NCBI GenBank assembly: GCA_900321865.1
Contig: ONXP01000003.1
Span: forward strand, 1-63,916
Direction of reading: 5' to 3'
Source of the DNA: an uncultured Elusimicrobia bacterium
GTDB lineage: Bacteria > RUG730
DNA length: 63,916 nt
The position numbers and the translations under genes were made by a program. Positions 9,654-19,233 of the stretch are shown here, piece after piece. Numbering within the stretch: the first letter of the stretch is position 1; each line of letters opens with the position of its first letter. Under the pieces are notes generated by a model. The model saw only the letters and a program-made list of their open reading frames with translations, ran no database searches and was not told the origin of the DNA.

Positions 9654-10250
9654 ATGGCAATAAAAGCTAGTGATGTACAAGTTTTAAGAGAAAGAACAAA
9701 TGTTGGAATGTTAGATTGTAAAAAAGCTTTAGAAGAGGCAAATGGCGATATAGAGAAAGCAATTGTTATTTTGAGAGAGAAAGGAATAGCAAAATCTTTA
9801 AAAAGAGCGGATAAAGAAGCAAAAGAAGGTCAAATTTTTGCATATATTCACAATGGAAATAAATTAGGGGTCTTGTTAGAAGTAAATTGTGAAACAGATT
9901 TTGTTGCTAGAACAGAAGATTTTTCAAATTTAGTTAAAGAATTTGCTATGCAAATAGCTGCAACAGCTCCAATTTGTATAAATAAAGAAGAACTTCCAAA
10001 GGAAAAATTGGAAGAAGAATCAGAAATTGCTAGAAAACAATTAGAAGCAGAAGGTAAACCAAAAAATATTATTGAAAAAATTATTCCTGGAAAGTTAGAA
10101 AAATATTATTCTGAAGTTTGTTTATTGGAGCAGGTTTCAATAAAAGATGGTTCCAAAAAAATGAAAGACATTTTGAATGAATATAGAATGAAAACAGGCG
10201 AAAATTTAGTTATTAGAAGATTTGTTAGATATAAATTAGGGGAAAAATAA
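9654..10250 (+). CDS. tsf: Elongation factor Ts (short form, 198 aa)
   Basis: MAIKASDVQVLRERTNVGMLDCKKALEEANGD matches the UBA-like N-terminus of EF-Ts. Confidence 0.9.
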   Translation: MAIKASDVQVLRERTNVGMLDCKKALEEANGDIEKAIVILREKGIAKSLKRADKEAKEGQIFAYIHNGNKLGVLLEVNCETDFVARTEDFSNLVKEFAMQIAATAPICINKEELPKEKLEEESEIARKQLEAEGKPKNIIEKIIPGKLEKYYSEVCLLEQVSIKDGSKKMKDILNEYRMKTGENLVIRRFVRYKLGEK

Positions 10251-10251
10251 T

Positions 10252-10947
10252 TTGTATAAAAGGATTCTGTTAAAAATTAGTGGAGAATCTTTAATAGGAA
10301 AGCAAAATATAGATTTAAATTCTGACATTATAGAGTTGCTTTCAGAACAAATAAAAAAATTATTGGAACTTTCTGTTGAAATATCCATTGTAATAGGTGG
10401 AGGAAATATTTGGCGGGGAGTTTTTACCAATAAAATAGACAAAGTTACGTCTGATTATATGGGGATGCTGGCTACTATGATTAATTCTATGGCACTTCAA
10501 AAAGCTTTGGAAATGCATGGAATAGTGACCAGAGTCCAGAGTGCTATAGAAATGCAAAAATTAGCAGAGCCTTTTATAATAAGAAGAGCTATAAGGCATT
10601 TAGAAAAACATAGAGTGGTTATATTTGCATGTGGAACAGGGAATCCTTATTTTACTACTGACACGGCTGCAGTTTTAAGGGCGAGCGAAATAGAAGCAGA
10701 TGTAATACTAAAAGCTACAAAAGTTGATTATGTTTATAACGAAGATCCTTTTAAAAACAAAAATGCCATAAAGTATGAAAATTTAACATATAAAGATGCA
10801 TTGGATAAAAATTTAAAAGTTATGGATATGACGGCATTTTCTTTATGTATGGAGAAAAAAATTCCTATTATTATTTTTAATATGAGCAAAAAAGATAATA
10901 TTTATAATGCGGTCTTAGGACATAAAGTAGGGACTTTAATAAAATAA
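10252..10947 (+). CDS. pyrH: UMP kinase (TTG start)
   Basis: KRILLKISGESL, VIGGGNIWRG, and the position after tsf. Confidence 0.9.
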   Translation: MYKRILLKISGESLIGKQNIDLNSDIIELLSEQIKKLLELSVEISIVIGGGNIWRGVFTNKIDKVTSDYMGMLATMINSMALQKALEMHGIVTRVQSAIEMQKLAEPFIIRRAIRHLEKHRVVIFACGTGNPYFTTDTAAVLRASEIEADVILKATKVDYVYNEDPFKNKNAIKYENLTYKDALDKNLKVMDMTAFSLCMEKKIPIIIFNMSKKDNIYNAVLGHKVGTLIK

Positions 10948-10959
10948 TCGGAGTTTTTT

Positions 10960-11517
10960 ATGATAAATGATATAAAAAAAAATTTAAATTCAAAAATAGA
11001 AACAGTTTTATCAAAATTAAAATCTGAGCTTTCTAATATTAGAACAGGAATATTTACAACTTCTATGTTAGATGTGGTAAAGGTCGAAGCTTATGGCAGT
11101 ATTATGCAGATTAGCCAATTAGCTAATGTAGCAATTCCAGAGCCTAGAGTAATGGAAATAAAACCTTGGGATACATCTATTTTATCAAATATTGAAAAAG
11201 CTATTTTAAAGTCTCCTCTTGGGATTACTCCAAATAACGATGGAAAAATGATCAGATTAATTTTGCCTATTATGACGGAAGAAACTAGAAAAGAATTGTC
11301 AAAGTTTGCCTCTAAATTAGAAGAGCAATTTAAAATAGAAATCAGAAATTTAAGGCGTGATATCAATGAAGAATTAAAAGCCTTAGAAAAGGATAAACAA
11401 ATTACAGAAGATGAGCTTTTTAATTCAGAAAAAGAAGTTCAAAATATTATAGATTTATGTAATAAAAAGATAGTAGAAATAGTAGAAACAAAGAAAAAAG
11501 AAATAATGACAGTATAA
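10960..11517 (+). CDS. frr: Ribosome recycling factor
   Basis: 185 aa. LSNIRTGIFTTSMLDVVKVEAYG is typical of RRF. It follows pyrH. Confidence 0.9.
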   Translation: MINDIKKNLNSKIETVLSKLKSELSNIRTGIFTTSMLDVVKVEAYGSIMQISQLANVAIPEPRVMEIKPWDTSILSNIEKAILKSPLGITPNNDGKMIRLILPIMTEETRKELSKFASKLEEQFKIEIRNLRRDINEELKALEKDKQITEDELFNSEKEVQNIIDLCNKKIVEIVETKKKEIMTV

Positions 11518-11520
11518 AAT

Positions 11521-11979
11521 ATGGAAAGTTTTCATAGACCTAGCTGGGATGAATATTTTATTTCTATAACTTTGGAAGTTGCAAAAAGATCTACTTGTCT
11601 CAGAAGACAAGTAGGGGCGATTTTAGTAAAAGATAAAATAATTTTATCAACTGGATATAATGGAGCTGTAAAAGGTTTACCACATTGCAAGGATAGTGGT
11701 TGCCTTAGAGAAAAAAATAATATTGTAAAAGGAACTCATCATGAGCTTTGTTCTGGACTTCATGCTGAGCAGAATGCGATTTTATTTTCCAGTAAAATGG
11801 GTGAAAATTTAGAAGGAGCAACTTTATATTCTACTAATTTTCCGTGTTCTATCTGTGCAAAAATGTTAATCCAAGTTGGCATAAAAAAAATAGTTTATCT
11901 AGAAGATTATCCTGATGATTTGTCTAAAAAATTATTTTCTTACACTGATATTGAAATTATAAAATTTTCGAAACCTTAA
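11521..11979 (+). CDS. dCMP/cytidine deaminase family (ComEB-like deoxycytidylate deaminase)
   Basis: HAEQNAI (zinc His/Glu) and PCSICAKMLIQVGIKKIVY (zinc CxxC) motifs. Confidence 0.8.
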   Translation: MESFHRPSWDEYFISITLEVAKRSTCLRRQVGAILVKDKIILSTGYNGAVKGLPHCKDSGCLREKNNIVKGTHHELCSGLHAEQNAILFSSKMGENLEGATLYSTNFPCSICAKMLIQVGIKKIVYLEDYPDDLSKKLFSYTDIEIIKFSKP

Positions 11980-11982
11980 AGT

Positions 11983-12354
11983 ATGATAGTGGGTCTAGAT
12001 ATAGAATCTATTTCCAACTTTAACTATTTATCATCTCTAGAAAAACAGCAGGATTTTTTATTTTTGTCACCTTTTTTTTTAAATGATGAAATTTTATATT
12101 GTATTCAATTTGACAAACCTAAAAGTTTTGCTATTTTATTTTCTTTAAAAGAATCAATTATTAAGATTTTAAAAAATTACTATTTTTCAATAAGTTTTGT
12201 GGATATTGAAATTTTGAATTTTTATGATAAATTAGAAATCATATTTGCTAAAAATTTAAAAAGATTTAATTCTAAAATACAAGTTTCTTTTGCTTGTGAT
12301 AGATACAATGTTTTATCATTTGCCGTTTTAGAGGAGAAGTCTCTTGAATTATAA
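11983..12354 (+). CDS. acpS: Holo-ACP synthase (4'-phosphopantetheinyl transferase AcpS)
   Basis: MIVGLDIESISNF aligns to MAILGLGTDIVEI. FSLKESIIKIL aligns to FAVKEAAAKAF. VSFACDRYNVLSFAVLE aligns to VTLADERHYACATVIIE. Confidence 0.7.
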   Translation: MIVGLDIESISNFNYLSSLEKQQDFLFLSPFFLNDEILYCIQFDKPKSFAILFSLKESIIKILKNYYFSISFVDIEILNFYDKLEIIFAKNLKRFNSKIQVSFACDRYNVLSFAVLEEKSLEL

Positions 12355-12796
12355 ATATTTAATAGATAAACTTTTGAAACAAAAGCATCCTTTTTTATTT
12401 TTGGACGATATTTTAAAGATAGAAGACAATAAAATTTTGTCTATTTTTTATCTAAATAAAAATGAAAATATTTTAAAAGGGCATTTCGAAAATAATCCTA
12501 TTTTACCTGGTGTTATTATGATAGAGATGATTAGTCAGACAGCACTTTTTTTTATGACTTATAATTTGTATAAGAAAGAGCAAAAAGATATTTTTTACGA
12601 TGCTTTGTTATCAAAAGTGAACTATTTTTCATATAAAAATGCGATTTTTCCAGAGGCTTTGATAAAAATCGATGTAAAAGTTGAAGAAACTTTGTTAGAG
12701 AATTTTTATACAGTTAAAGGGAAAATTTTAGTAGACGATAAAATAAAAGGTCTTGGGGAAGTTACTTTATATTTTAAAGGGAAAGAAAATGAATAG
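12344..12796 (+). CDS. 3-hydroxyacyl-ACP dehydratase, FabZ/FabA hot-dog fold
   Basis: HPFLFLDDIL...GHFENNPILPGVIMIEMISQ carries the catalytic His/Glu signature of FabZ. Confidence 0.75.
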   Translation: MNYKYLIDKLLKQKHPFLFLDDILKIEDNKILSIFYLNKNENILKGHFENNPILPGVIMIEMISQTALFFMTYNLYKKEQKDIFYDALLSKVNYFSYKNAIFPEALIKIDVKVEETLLENFYTVKGKILVDDKIKGLGEVTLYFKGKENE

Positions 12797-13076
12797 AGAA
12801 GAAATTTTAGAAAAAGTGAAAAAAACTATTATATTTGAAGGGCTAAAATTGGAAGATTTGGGTTATACTTTGGCTGATGTGACTGATGATGTAAAGCTTT
12901 TTGGTGAAAATAGTTTGGATTTAAGTTCTGTAGATGTTTTGGAAATTTTGATGCTGATAAAAAAGGAATTTGGGATAGAAATTGACAAAATTGATAGAGA
13001 GGAAGTAGAAAAACATTTCACGTCTCCTAAGGATATCACTGATTATATAATGGCTCATTTACCTAAAAAAAAATAA
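12789..13076 (+). CDS. Acyl carrier protein (divergent, cluster-dedicated)
   Basis: Start set at the internal ATG (12789) after a GGAAAG RBS. The LFGENSLDLSSVDVLEILMLIKKEFGIEI phosphopantetheine-Ser motif is present. Confidence 0.7.
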   Translation: MNREEILEKVKKTIIFEGLKLEDLGYTLADVTDDVKLFGENSLDLSSVDVLEILMLIKKEFGIEIDKIDREEVEKHFTSPKDITDYIMAHLPKKK

Positions 13077-13077
13077 A

Positions 13078-13734
13078 ATGAATTTATTTTTTTTACAAGA
13101 TGCAAATAATTTTTTGGGAATAGAAATAATTAAATATTTTTCTAATGATAATAGAGTTTTTTTACTAGAAAATGTTGGCGAAAAATTTGATAAAAATGTA
13201 ACTATTTTAAAAAATATTGAAAATGTAGTCGATTTTTTTGATAAGGAAAATATTTTTTTGTTTGGATTAAAATTTTTAAATGAATACGATATAGATGATA
13301 TTAGTTATATAGACAATATAATCTTTGATTTAACTCAAAAATATCAATTTTTACAATTTATCTCTAAAAATTTAATAGAAAGATCGTTTAAAGGAGCTTT
13401 TTATTTTTTTACTTTTCATTCTATAAATTTAAACACTTCAAAACTTCCTATAAAGCCCATACATGACAGTGCTATTGAAATATTTGTAAAAACAGTTTCA
13501 AAGGAACTAACTACATTTAATATTTATTCTTATTGTTTGAGGTTAGAATCTATATTTGAAACTATGAATTTTCAGGAAATTAGGGATTTTAGAAAAAAAA
13601 TGAATATTTTTGCTTTTAGAAAAACTCCAACAAAAATTCTAGATATTTTGTCATTTTTAAATGTTTTATTTCATAATAATTTTAAACTGTTGTCGGGTTC
13701 TATTATTAATGTAGGGGACGGGATGGATTTTTAA
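13078..13734 (+). CDS. Degenerate short-chain dehydrogenase/reductase-like protein (lacks glycine-rich NAD motif)
   Basis: C-terminal SGSIINVGDG resembles the SDR G..IxVDGG motif. No GxxxGxG is present. It is embedded in the ACP cluster. Confidence 0.35.
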   Translation: MNLFFLQDANNFLGIEIIKYFSNDNRVFLLENVGEKFDKNVTILKNIENVVDFFDKENIFLFGLKFLNEYDIDDISYIDNIIFDLTQKYQFLQFISKNLIERSFKGAFYFFTFHSINLNTSKLPIKPIHDSAIEIFVKTVSKELTTFNIYSYCLRLESIFETMNFQEIRDFRKKMNIFAFRKTPTKILDILSFLNVLFHNNFKLLSGSIINVGDGMDF

Positions 13735-14498
13735 TGGAATACGAAGATTTTTTTCAAAAAGTGGTTTTAATTACAGGTGGAACGAAAGGAATAGGGAAAG
13801 AAACTGCAAAGACTTTTTTATTAAATGAAGCGAAAGTTTTTATAGTATATTCAAAAGATGAAGAAGCAAAAAATTTATTTTTAGACGAAATTAAAAGCAA
13901 ATTTTCTAAGTTTATAAATAATGTTTTTTTTTACAAGGGAGATGTTTCTGATGTTAATTTCGCAAAATTTGTTTTTGATGAAATAAATAAAAAATTTAAA
14001 AAACTGGATATTTTAATAAATAATGCCGGAATTAATAGAGATAATTTACTTTTGGAAATGAAATTGGATGAATGGAAAAAGGTTTTAGATGTAAACATAA
14101 AAGGAACATATATTTTTACGATGCTTGCTAAAGATTTATTGATAAAAGGACAAGATCCTAAAATTATAAATATTTCATCTATTTCAGGAGTTTATGGAAA
14201 AGCGGGGCAGGTAAATTATTCAGTTTCCAAGGGCGCAATTATTGGTATGACTAGATATTTTGCAAATAAATATATAAAGCATTTTATCCATGTCAATTCT
14301 GTGGCACCAGGCTTAACTAAGACAGAATTTTCTAAAGATTTAGATAAGGCTAAAGTAGGTGAAATTATAAACTTTGTTTCAATGAAAAAGTTGGGAACAG
14401 CAAGTGAAATAAAAGATGTAATTATGTTTTTGGCTTCTAATAAGTCTAATTATATAAACGGAAAGACGATTTTGGTAGATGGCGGGTTTTTAATATGA
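13734..14498 (+). CDS. fabG: 3-oxoacyl-ACP reductase (SDR)
   Basis: ITGGTKGIGKETAK; NNAGI; YSVSKGAIIGMTR (Y-x3-K); C-terminal TILVDGGF. Confidence 0.85.
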   Translation: MEYEDFFQKVVLITGGTKGIGKETAKTFLLNEAKVFIVYSKDEEAKNLFLDEIKSKFSKFINNVFFYKGDVSDVNFAKFVFDEINKKFKKLDILINNAGINRDNLLLEMKLDEWKKVLDVNIKGTYIFTMLAKDLLIKGQDPKIINISSISGVYGKAGQVNYSVSKGAIIGMTRYFANKYIKHFIHVNSVAPGLTKTEFSKDLDKAKVGEIINFVSMKKLGTASEIKDVIMFLASNKSNYINGKTILVDGGFLI

Positions 14499-16732
14499 CA
14501 GAAAAAGTAGTAGTAATAGGGATGGGAATAATTTCTGCCATAGGGAAAAATAGAGAAGAAACCATAGAAAATATTAAATCTTTACAAGATGGACTAAAGA
14601 AAAAAGACGAATTTTTTGGAGTTGATATAAAAAGTATTGGCTCTAGGTATGCAGCTGAAGTTGATTCTAAAAATTTTACTACCGATTCTAAATTTTCTAA
14701 ATTTGATAAAAATTATTTATTGTCAAAAATTTCTTTAAATGAAGCTATAGAAAATTCAAAACTTGACATAAAAAATTTTAATTTGGAAAAAGTTGGGATA
14801 TTTTTTGGCTCATGCAATGGGAATCTTTTATCTTTTGAAAAAATTTATCAAGATTTTGATTCTCCGCACGAATATACTTATAATTCAATCACATCATTTA
14901 ATGGAGCAGATGTCGTTATAGATTATTATAGGGATAATCAGAAAATAGATATTTCTGGGCCTAAATATCTGTTTTCTAATGCTTGCAGTTCTTCTAATAT
15001 GGCATTAGCTTTTGCAAAGGATAAAATAAAAAATTCTGATATAGACCTAGCATTTGTTGGCGGAAGTGATACTTTAACTGAAATTACATTGTTAGGGTTT
15101 GATAGTTTTAAAAGCATATCACAGGAAAAAGCCTCTAGTTTTAGTCCAAATTTTGGATTAAATTTAGGAGATGGAGCTGGCTGGATGATTTTAACTACTG
15201 AAAGCCTAGCCAAAAAAAATAATTTAAAAATTTTTGCAGAAATAAAAGAAAGTGCAAGTTATCTAAATGGTAATAAAAATATAGTTTCGCCTGATATAGA
15301 TGGAAAAACATTATCACTTTGTATGGATGAAGCTATTAAAAAATCTTCTTTAGATAAAAAAGATATAAAGGTTATTTGTGCTCATGGCACAGGAACAGAG
15401 CTTAATAATATTTCTGAAAGCAAAGCTATAAAAAAGTCATTTTTAGACGAAAATTTTAAAGATATTTTAGTGACTTCTATAAAGCCTTATTTAGGGCATA
15501 CCTTAGGGGCATCTGGTTTAATGCAAAATATTATTATGATAGATTGTATGAATTTTGGGATAATTCCTCCTATTCTTCATTTCTCAGAAAATAATTCTAG
15601 TCTAGACGATAAAAATATTGCACTAAATGAATTAGTGCATAGAGATTACGATAATTTTTTATCAAATTCTTCTGCATTTGGTGGAAATGATATTTCTATA
15701 GTTATTTCAAAGTATAAAGAAGAAAAATTTAATCAAAATATTTGTATAAAAACTGAAGAAAATAAAATTTTTATTAATGATATTTCTATGCATACACCTT
15801 TATTTTCTAATTTTATGGAATTTTTTGATGCTATTTCTCAAAAAAAATTTTTAGGAACAGAAAAAAAATATATTACATATGATAATTTTTTGAAGAATGT
15901 ATTTATAAAAGAAGATATAAGTATGCGAAAATATGCTAAAAATCCTGATTATGTAAAGTTTAGTATAAAATTGATAAAAGATTTGATAAAAAATACAAAT
16001 ATTGATAGGAATATTGGTTTATTTTTTGCTAATTATCAAAATATATGTAGTTTTATAGAAGATTTTTATTTGGAAGCATTAAAAACAGAAAAAAAATATT
16101 CTTCTGCAATAAAATTTCAAAATTCGACATTTAATGCTACCTTAGGGCATATATCGAATATTTTTGGAATAAAAGGATTTGGGAATACATTTTTTGGGGC
16201 ATATGGAGCTTCGCTTTCTGCTTTAGATTATGGAATATATGCTTTGGAAAAAAATTTTTTAGGTAAAAGTCTAATTTTTTCTGTTGATTCAAAAAGTGAA
16301 TATTATAATAGATCAATACACGAAAAATATTATGATGGAGAATTAGCATCAGAGGGTGCAGCTGGAATACTTATATCGAAAGAAAAAAGTGAAAATTTGT
16401 TAGCTGAGATAAAAGGTTTTAGCACGAATAGTTTTTATTTTTTAGACGAAAATTTAGCAAAAAAGACATTTAATGATTGCATAAATATTACTTTAGAAAA
16501 GGCAAATATAAAACTAAAAGATGTAGATTGTCATATAACTAAAAGCTTTTTTATGAAAAATGAAAAAGCTTTTACTTCTACAAAATACACTGGACTTTTG
16601 GAAACATCATCGCCACTTATAGATATAATGATGGCTATTTATTTGATTCAAAATGAAAATTTAAAAAACATTTTGGTATCATTGCAATCTTTGCAAGGCA
16701 CCAATCATAGCTTTTTAGTGAGAAAAGTTTAA
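14495..16732 (+). CDS. Beta-ketoacyl-ACP synthase fused to a C-terminal active-site-less KS-like (chain-length-factor-like) domain
   Basis: The N-terminal half has the KS catalytic triad context: CSSSNMALAFA (Cys), CAHGTGTELN (His) and YLGHTLGASG (His). The C-terminal ~340 aa is KS-like (GFGNTFFGAYGASLSALDYG) without the Cys. Total length is 745 aa. Confidence 0.8.
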   Translation: MTEKVVVIGMGIISAIGKNREETIENIKSLQDGLKKKDEFFGVDIKSIGSRYAAEVDSKNFTTDSKFSKFDKNYLLSKISLNEAIENSKLDIKNFNLEKVGIFFGSCNGNLLSFEKIYQDFDSPHEYTYNSITSFNGADVVIDYYRDNQKIDISGPKYLFSNACSSSNMALAFAKDKIKNSDIDLAFVGGSDTLTEITLLGFDSFKSISQEKASSFSPNFGLNLGDGAGWMILTTESLAKKNNLKIFAEIKESASYLNGNKNIVSPDIDGKTLSLCMDEAIKKSSLDKKDIKVICAHGTGTELNNISESKAIKKSFLDENFKDILVTSIKPYLGHTLGASGLMQNIIMIDCMNFGIIPPILHFSENNSSLDDKNIALNELVHRDYDNFLSNSSAFGGNDISIVISKYKEEKFNQNICIKTEENKIFINDISMHTPLFSNFMEFFDAISQKKFLGTEKKYITYDNFLKNVFIKEDISMRKYAKNPDYVKFSIKLIKDLIKNTNIDRNIGLFFANYQNICSFIEDFYLEALKTEKKYSSAIKFQNSTFNATLGHISNIFGIKGFGNTFFGAYGASLSALDYGIYALEKNFLGKSLIFSVDSKSEYYNRSIHEKYYDGELASEGAAGILISKEKSENLLAEIKGFSTNSFYFLDENLAKKTFNDCINITLEKANIKLKDVDCHITKSFFMKNEKAFTSTKYTGLLETSSPLIDIMMAIYLIQNENLKNILVSLQSLQGTNHSFLVRKV

Positions 16733-17187
16733 TTATTACTTAATTTTTTTACATCAGATTTAGCTTTTTTGAATATTTTTTTGTATTTATTTTTGTAAAT
16801 ATTCAAAACTACTAAGTTAGAAAAAAACATTATCATAAAATAATATATCATAGGTCTAAGAGACATATCACTTCCTGATTTCCTAAAAACATAACCAGAT
16901 AAAACCCATAATATAAAAAATATAGATGTTACAATTCTTTCTTCATTCATCTTTTTTAATGTTTGAATATTTGGTCTTTTTGAGACAAAAACATTCATAA
17001 TATGTTTCCCTATACGAATGTGTAAATACCAATATGCTATATGTAATACAAAAAAGAACGAAAAAAGATATCTATTGAAAAGAAATACATATAAAATTAA
17101 ATTAAAAAAATTAAAAATAACAAAAGATATAAAAATAGCTGTATAATTTCCAATATGAGGAACTCTTTTGGCCACAAATCCCTCCAA
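16729..17187 (-). CDS. Hypothetical integral membrane protein
   Basis: The 152-aa product has multiple hydrophobic helices. It is convergent with the KS gene, with overlapping stops. Confidence 0.45.
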   Translation of the reverse strand: MEGFVAKRVPHIGNYTAIFISFVIFNFFNLILYVFLFNRYLFSFFFVLHIAYWYLHIRIGKHIMNVFVSKRPNIQTLKKMNEERIVTSIFFILWVLSGYVFRKSGSDMSLRPMIYYFMIMFFSNLVVLNIYKNKYKKIFKKAKSDVKKLSNN

Positions 17188-17264
17188 AATATAAAAATTT
17201 AATGCATAAAATAAAATATATAATAATATTTTAATTATTCAATAAAAAATTATAAAATGTATTT

Positions 17265-17537
17265 ATGAAGACTGAAAAAGATTTTTTTTTATTAGTAGAG
17301 TTCTTTTTAGTATTTTTATTTTTTACTTTTATTCTATTAATCGAGACTAAAAAAATGATTAATTATAAAATAAACCTGACAGAAAAAATTAATGAATTAA
17401 AAAACGAAATAAATGATTTAAATAATGAAATTTTTCAACTAAAACATAATAAATCTTATTTAGAAAAAATAGCAAGAGAAGCCCTTTTAATGAAAAAAGA
17501 AGGGGAAGTAATATATACTTTAGAGAGAGATATATGA
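17265..17537 (+). CDS. ftsB: Septum formation initiator FtsB/DivIC-like
   Basis: 90 aa with an N-terminal TM and a coiled coil. YLEKIAREALLMKKEGEVIY matches the FtsB C-terminal motif. Confidence 0.65.
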   Translation: MKTEKDFFLLVEFFLVFLFFTFILLIETKKMINYKINLTEKINELKNEINDLNNEIFQLKHNKSYLEKIAREALLMKKEGEVIYTLERDI

Positions 17538-18334
17538 AAAAATATAAAAATATTATTTTAATTACAGCTATGAAATTTGAATTGGAAATATTTTGTAAGA
17601 ATCTTTTAAAATATAATTTTATAAAAATCAATATTGATTTTTTGTCTCACGATCTAAAGAGAAGTTTATATATTTTTAAAAATGATAAGAAATTTATTCA
17701 AATAATTATGATTTTTTCTGGAGTTAGCGAACATTTTTTAAATTTAAAAACGATATTTAATTTTTTAGAAAATAATTTAAATGACAATGAAGCTACATTT
17801 GATATCAATTTTGGATATTTAGTAGGACTGTCAGGAGCTTGTAATGAAAATTATAAGGTTGGAACTGTTTTAGAAGTTGGCAAGGTTAAATTTGGGAAAG
17901 ATGTTTTTGTGTTAGATAAAAATAAAAAAATTACTTTACTTACTTCTGATAAAATTATGAAGTTTGATGATAAAAAAAAGATCTCAAATCTTGTCGATAT
18001 TGTAGATATGGAAACATTTTTTTGGATAAAAGAATTGCAAGATTTTATAAACCTTAAAAATATAAAAGTTTTTCGAAGCATAAGCGATGATTTATCGTTT
18101 AAATTTCCAGAAACGCTAAACGATTTAGAGATTTCTAAAAAAATATTCAGTATAATAAGCGGGAATTTAGGAATATTTAAAAAGGAATTTTTATCTCTTT
18201 TATTTAAAAAAGTAAATTTCAATTTGATAAAATTTTTTGTAGAAATAAAAAGAATTGTATCTATGAAAAAAAATTTTCATTTATCTAGAAAAACTTTAAC
18301 CAAAGTTTTGTTAAAAGAAATTTTAGGGAAATAA
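17534..18334 (+). CDS. PNP_UDP_1 family nucleosidase (MTA/SAH nucleosidase or futalosine hydrolase-like)
   Basis: ILITAMKFELEIF aligns to IGIIGAMEEE. LVGLSGACNENYKVGTVLEV aligns to INTGSAGGL..VGD. VDMETFF aligns to VEMEATA. FRSISD aligns to VRAISD. Confidence 0.55.
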   Translation: MKKYKNIILITAMKFELEIFCKNLLKYNFIKINIDFLSHDLKRSLYIFKNDKKFIQIIMIFSGVSEHFLNLKTIFNFLENNLNDNEATFDINFGYLVGLSGACNENYKVGTVLEVGKVKFGKDVFVLDKNKKITLLTSDKIMKFDDKKKISNLVDIVDMETFFWIKELQDFINLKNIKVFRSISDDLSFKFPETLNDLEISKKIFSIISGNLGIFKKEFLSLLFKKVNFNLIKFFVEIKRIVSMKKNFHLSRKTLTKVLLKEILGK

Positions 18335-18339
18335 TTTTT

Positions 18340-19218
18340 ATGGACAGTATGACAGGTTTTTTTCAAATCGTTAGTGAGAAAGAAAATGTTTTGTTTGATA
18401 TAAAACTTTCTAGCATTAATAGTAAAACTTTGGAATATAAAATTGACGGGATAAAAGACTTTATCTTGCTTGATAAATTAAAAACTATTTTACAAAAAGA
18501 AATTTTTAGAGGGAAAATTTATATCCAGATTTTTTTAAAAGAAATTTTCTCAGATGATGAAAAATTATTTTTTGACGAAAATAAAATTTTAGAAATTAAG
18601 AATAAAATAGACAGTGTTGCAAAAATTATAAATATAAAAAACGATTTATCTATTTCTAGTCTTTTAAATATTTATTCAAATAATTTTAAAAATAAAGAAA
18701 TTGCTGGAAATAAAGAAAATATTTTTGAAAAAGATTTAATTAAACTTTTTAAAAAAGCTATAAAAGGTCTAAAAAAAGATAGACATAAAGAAGGAAAAAA
18801 ATTAGAAACAGAATTTGTAAAATATTTAACTTCGTTGTCAGAAAATGCAGAAGAACTTTTTAAAATGAAAGATAAATATTTTTTAGATTTACGTGAAAAA
18901 ATAAAGAATAAATATAAAAATTTTTTATTAGAAATGGATGAAATAGAAAAAAAATCGCTGGAAAAAGAAATAAATTTTTTAATATTAAAGGGAGATTACG
19001 AAGAAGAAATAGTTAGAATAAAAGCACATTTAGAAAAATTTTTTGAAATTTTAAAAGATAAAAATATAGGAAAAAGAATGGGGTTTTTATTGCAGGAACT
19101 TACCAGGGAATTTAATACCTTGGGAGATAAAATTTTAGACATAAAGGGAAAAGATTTAGTTATAGAATCAAAAATTTTAATAGATAGAATGAAAGAACAA
19201 TCAATGAATATTGAATAA
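18340..19218 (+). CDS. yicC: YicC family stress-induced protein
   Basis: MDSMTGF N-terminus. C-terminal ...LLQELTREFNTLGDKI...IESKILIDRMKEQSMNIE matches the YicC C-terminal domain. Confidence 0.8.
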   Translation: MDSMTGFFQIVSEKENVLFDIKLSSINSKTLEYKIDGIKDFILLDKLKTILQKEIFRGKIYIQIFLKEIFSDDEKLFFDENKILEIKNKIDSVAKIINIKNDLSISSLLNIYSNNFKNKEIAGNKENIFEKDLIKLFKKAIKGLKKDRHKEGKKLETEFVKYLTSLSENAEELFKMKDKYFLDLREKIKNKYKNFLLEMDEIEKKSLEKEINFLILKGDYEEEIVRIKAHLEKFFEILKDKNIGKRMGFLLQELTREFNTLGDKILDIKGKDLVIESKILIDRMKEQSMNIE

Positions 19219-19233
19219 TTAGGAGACATTTTT

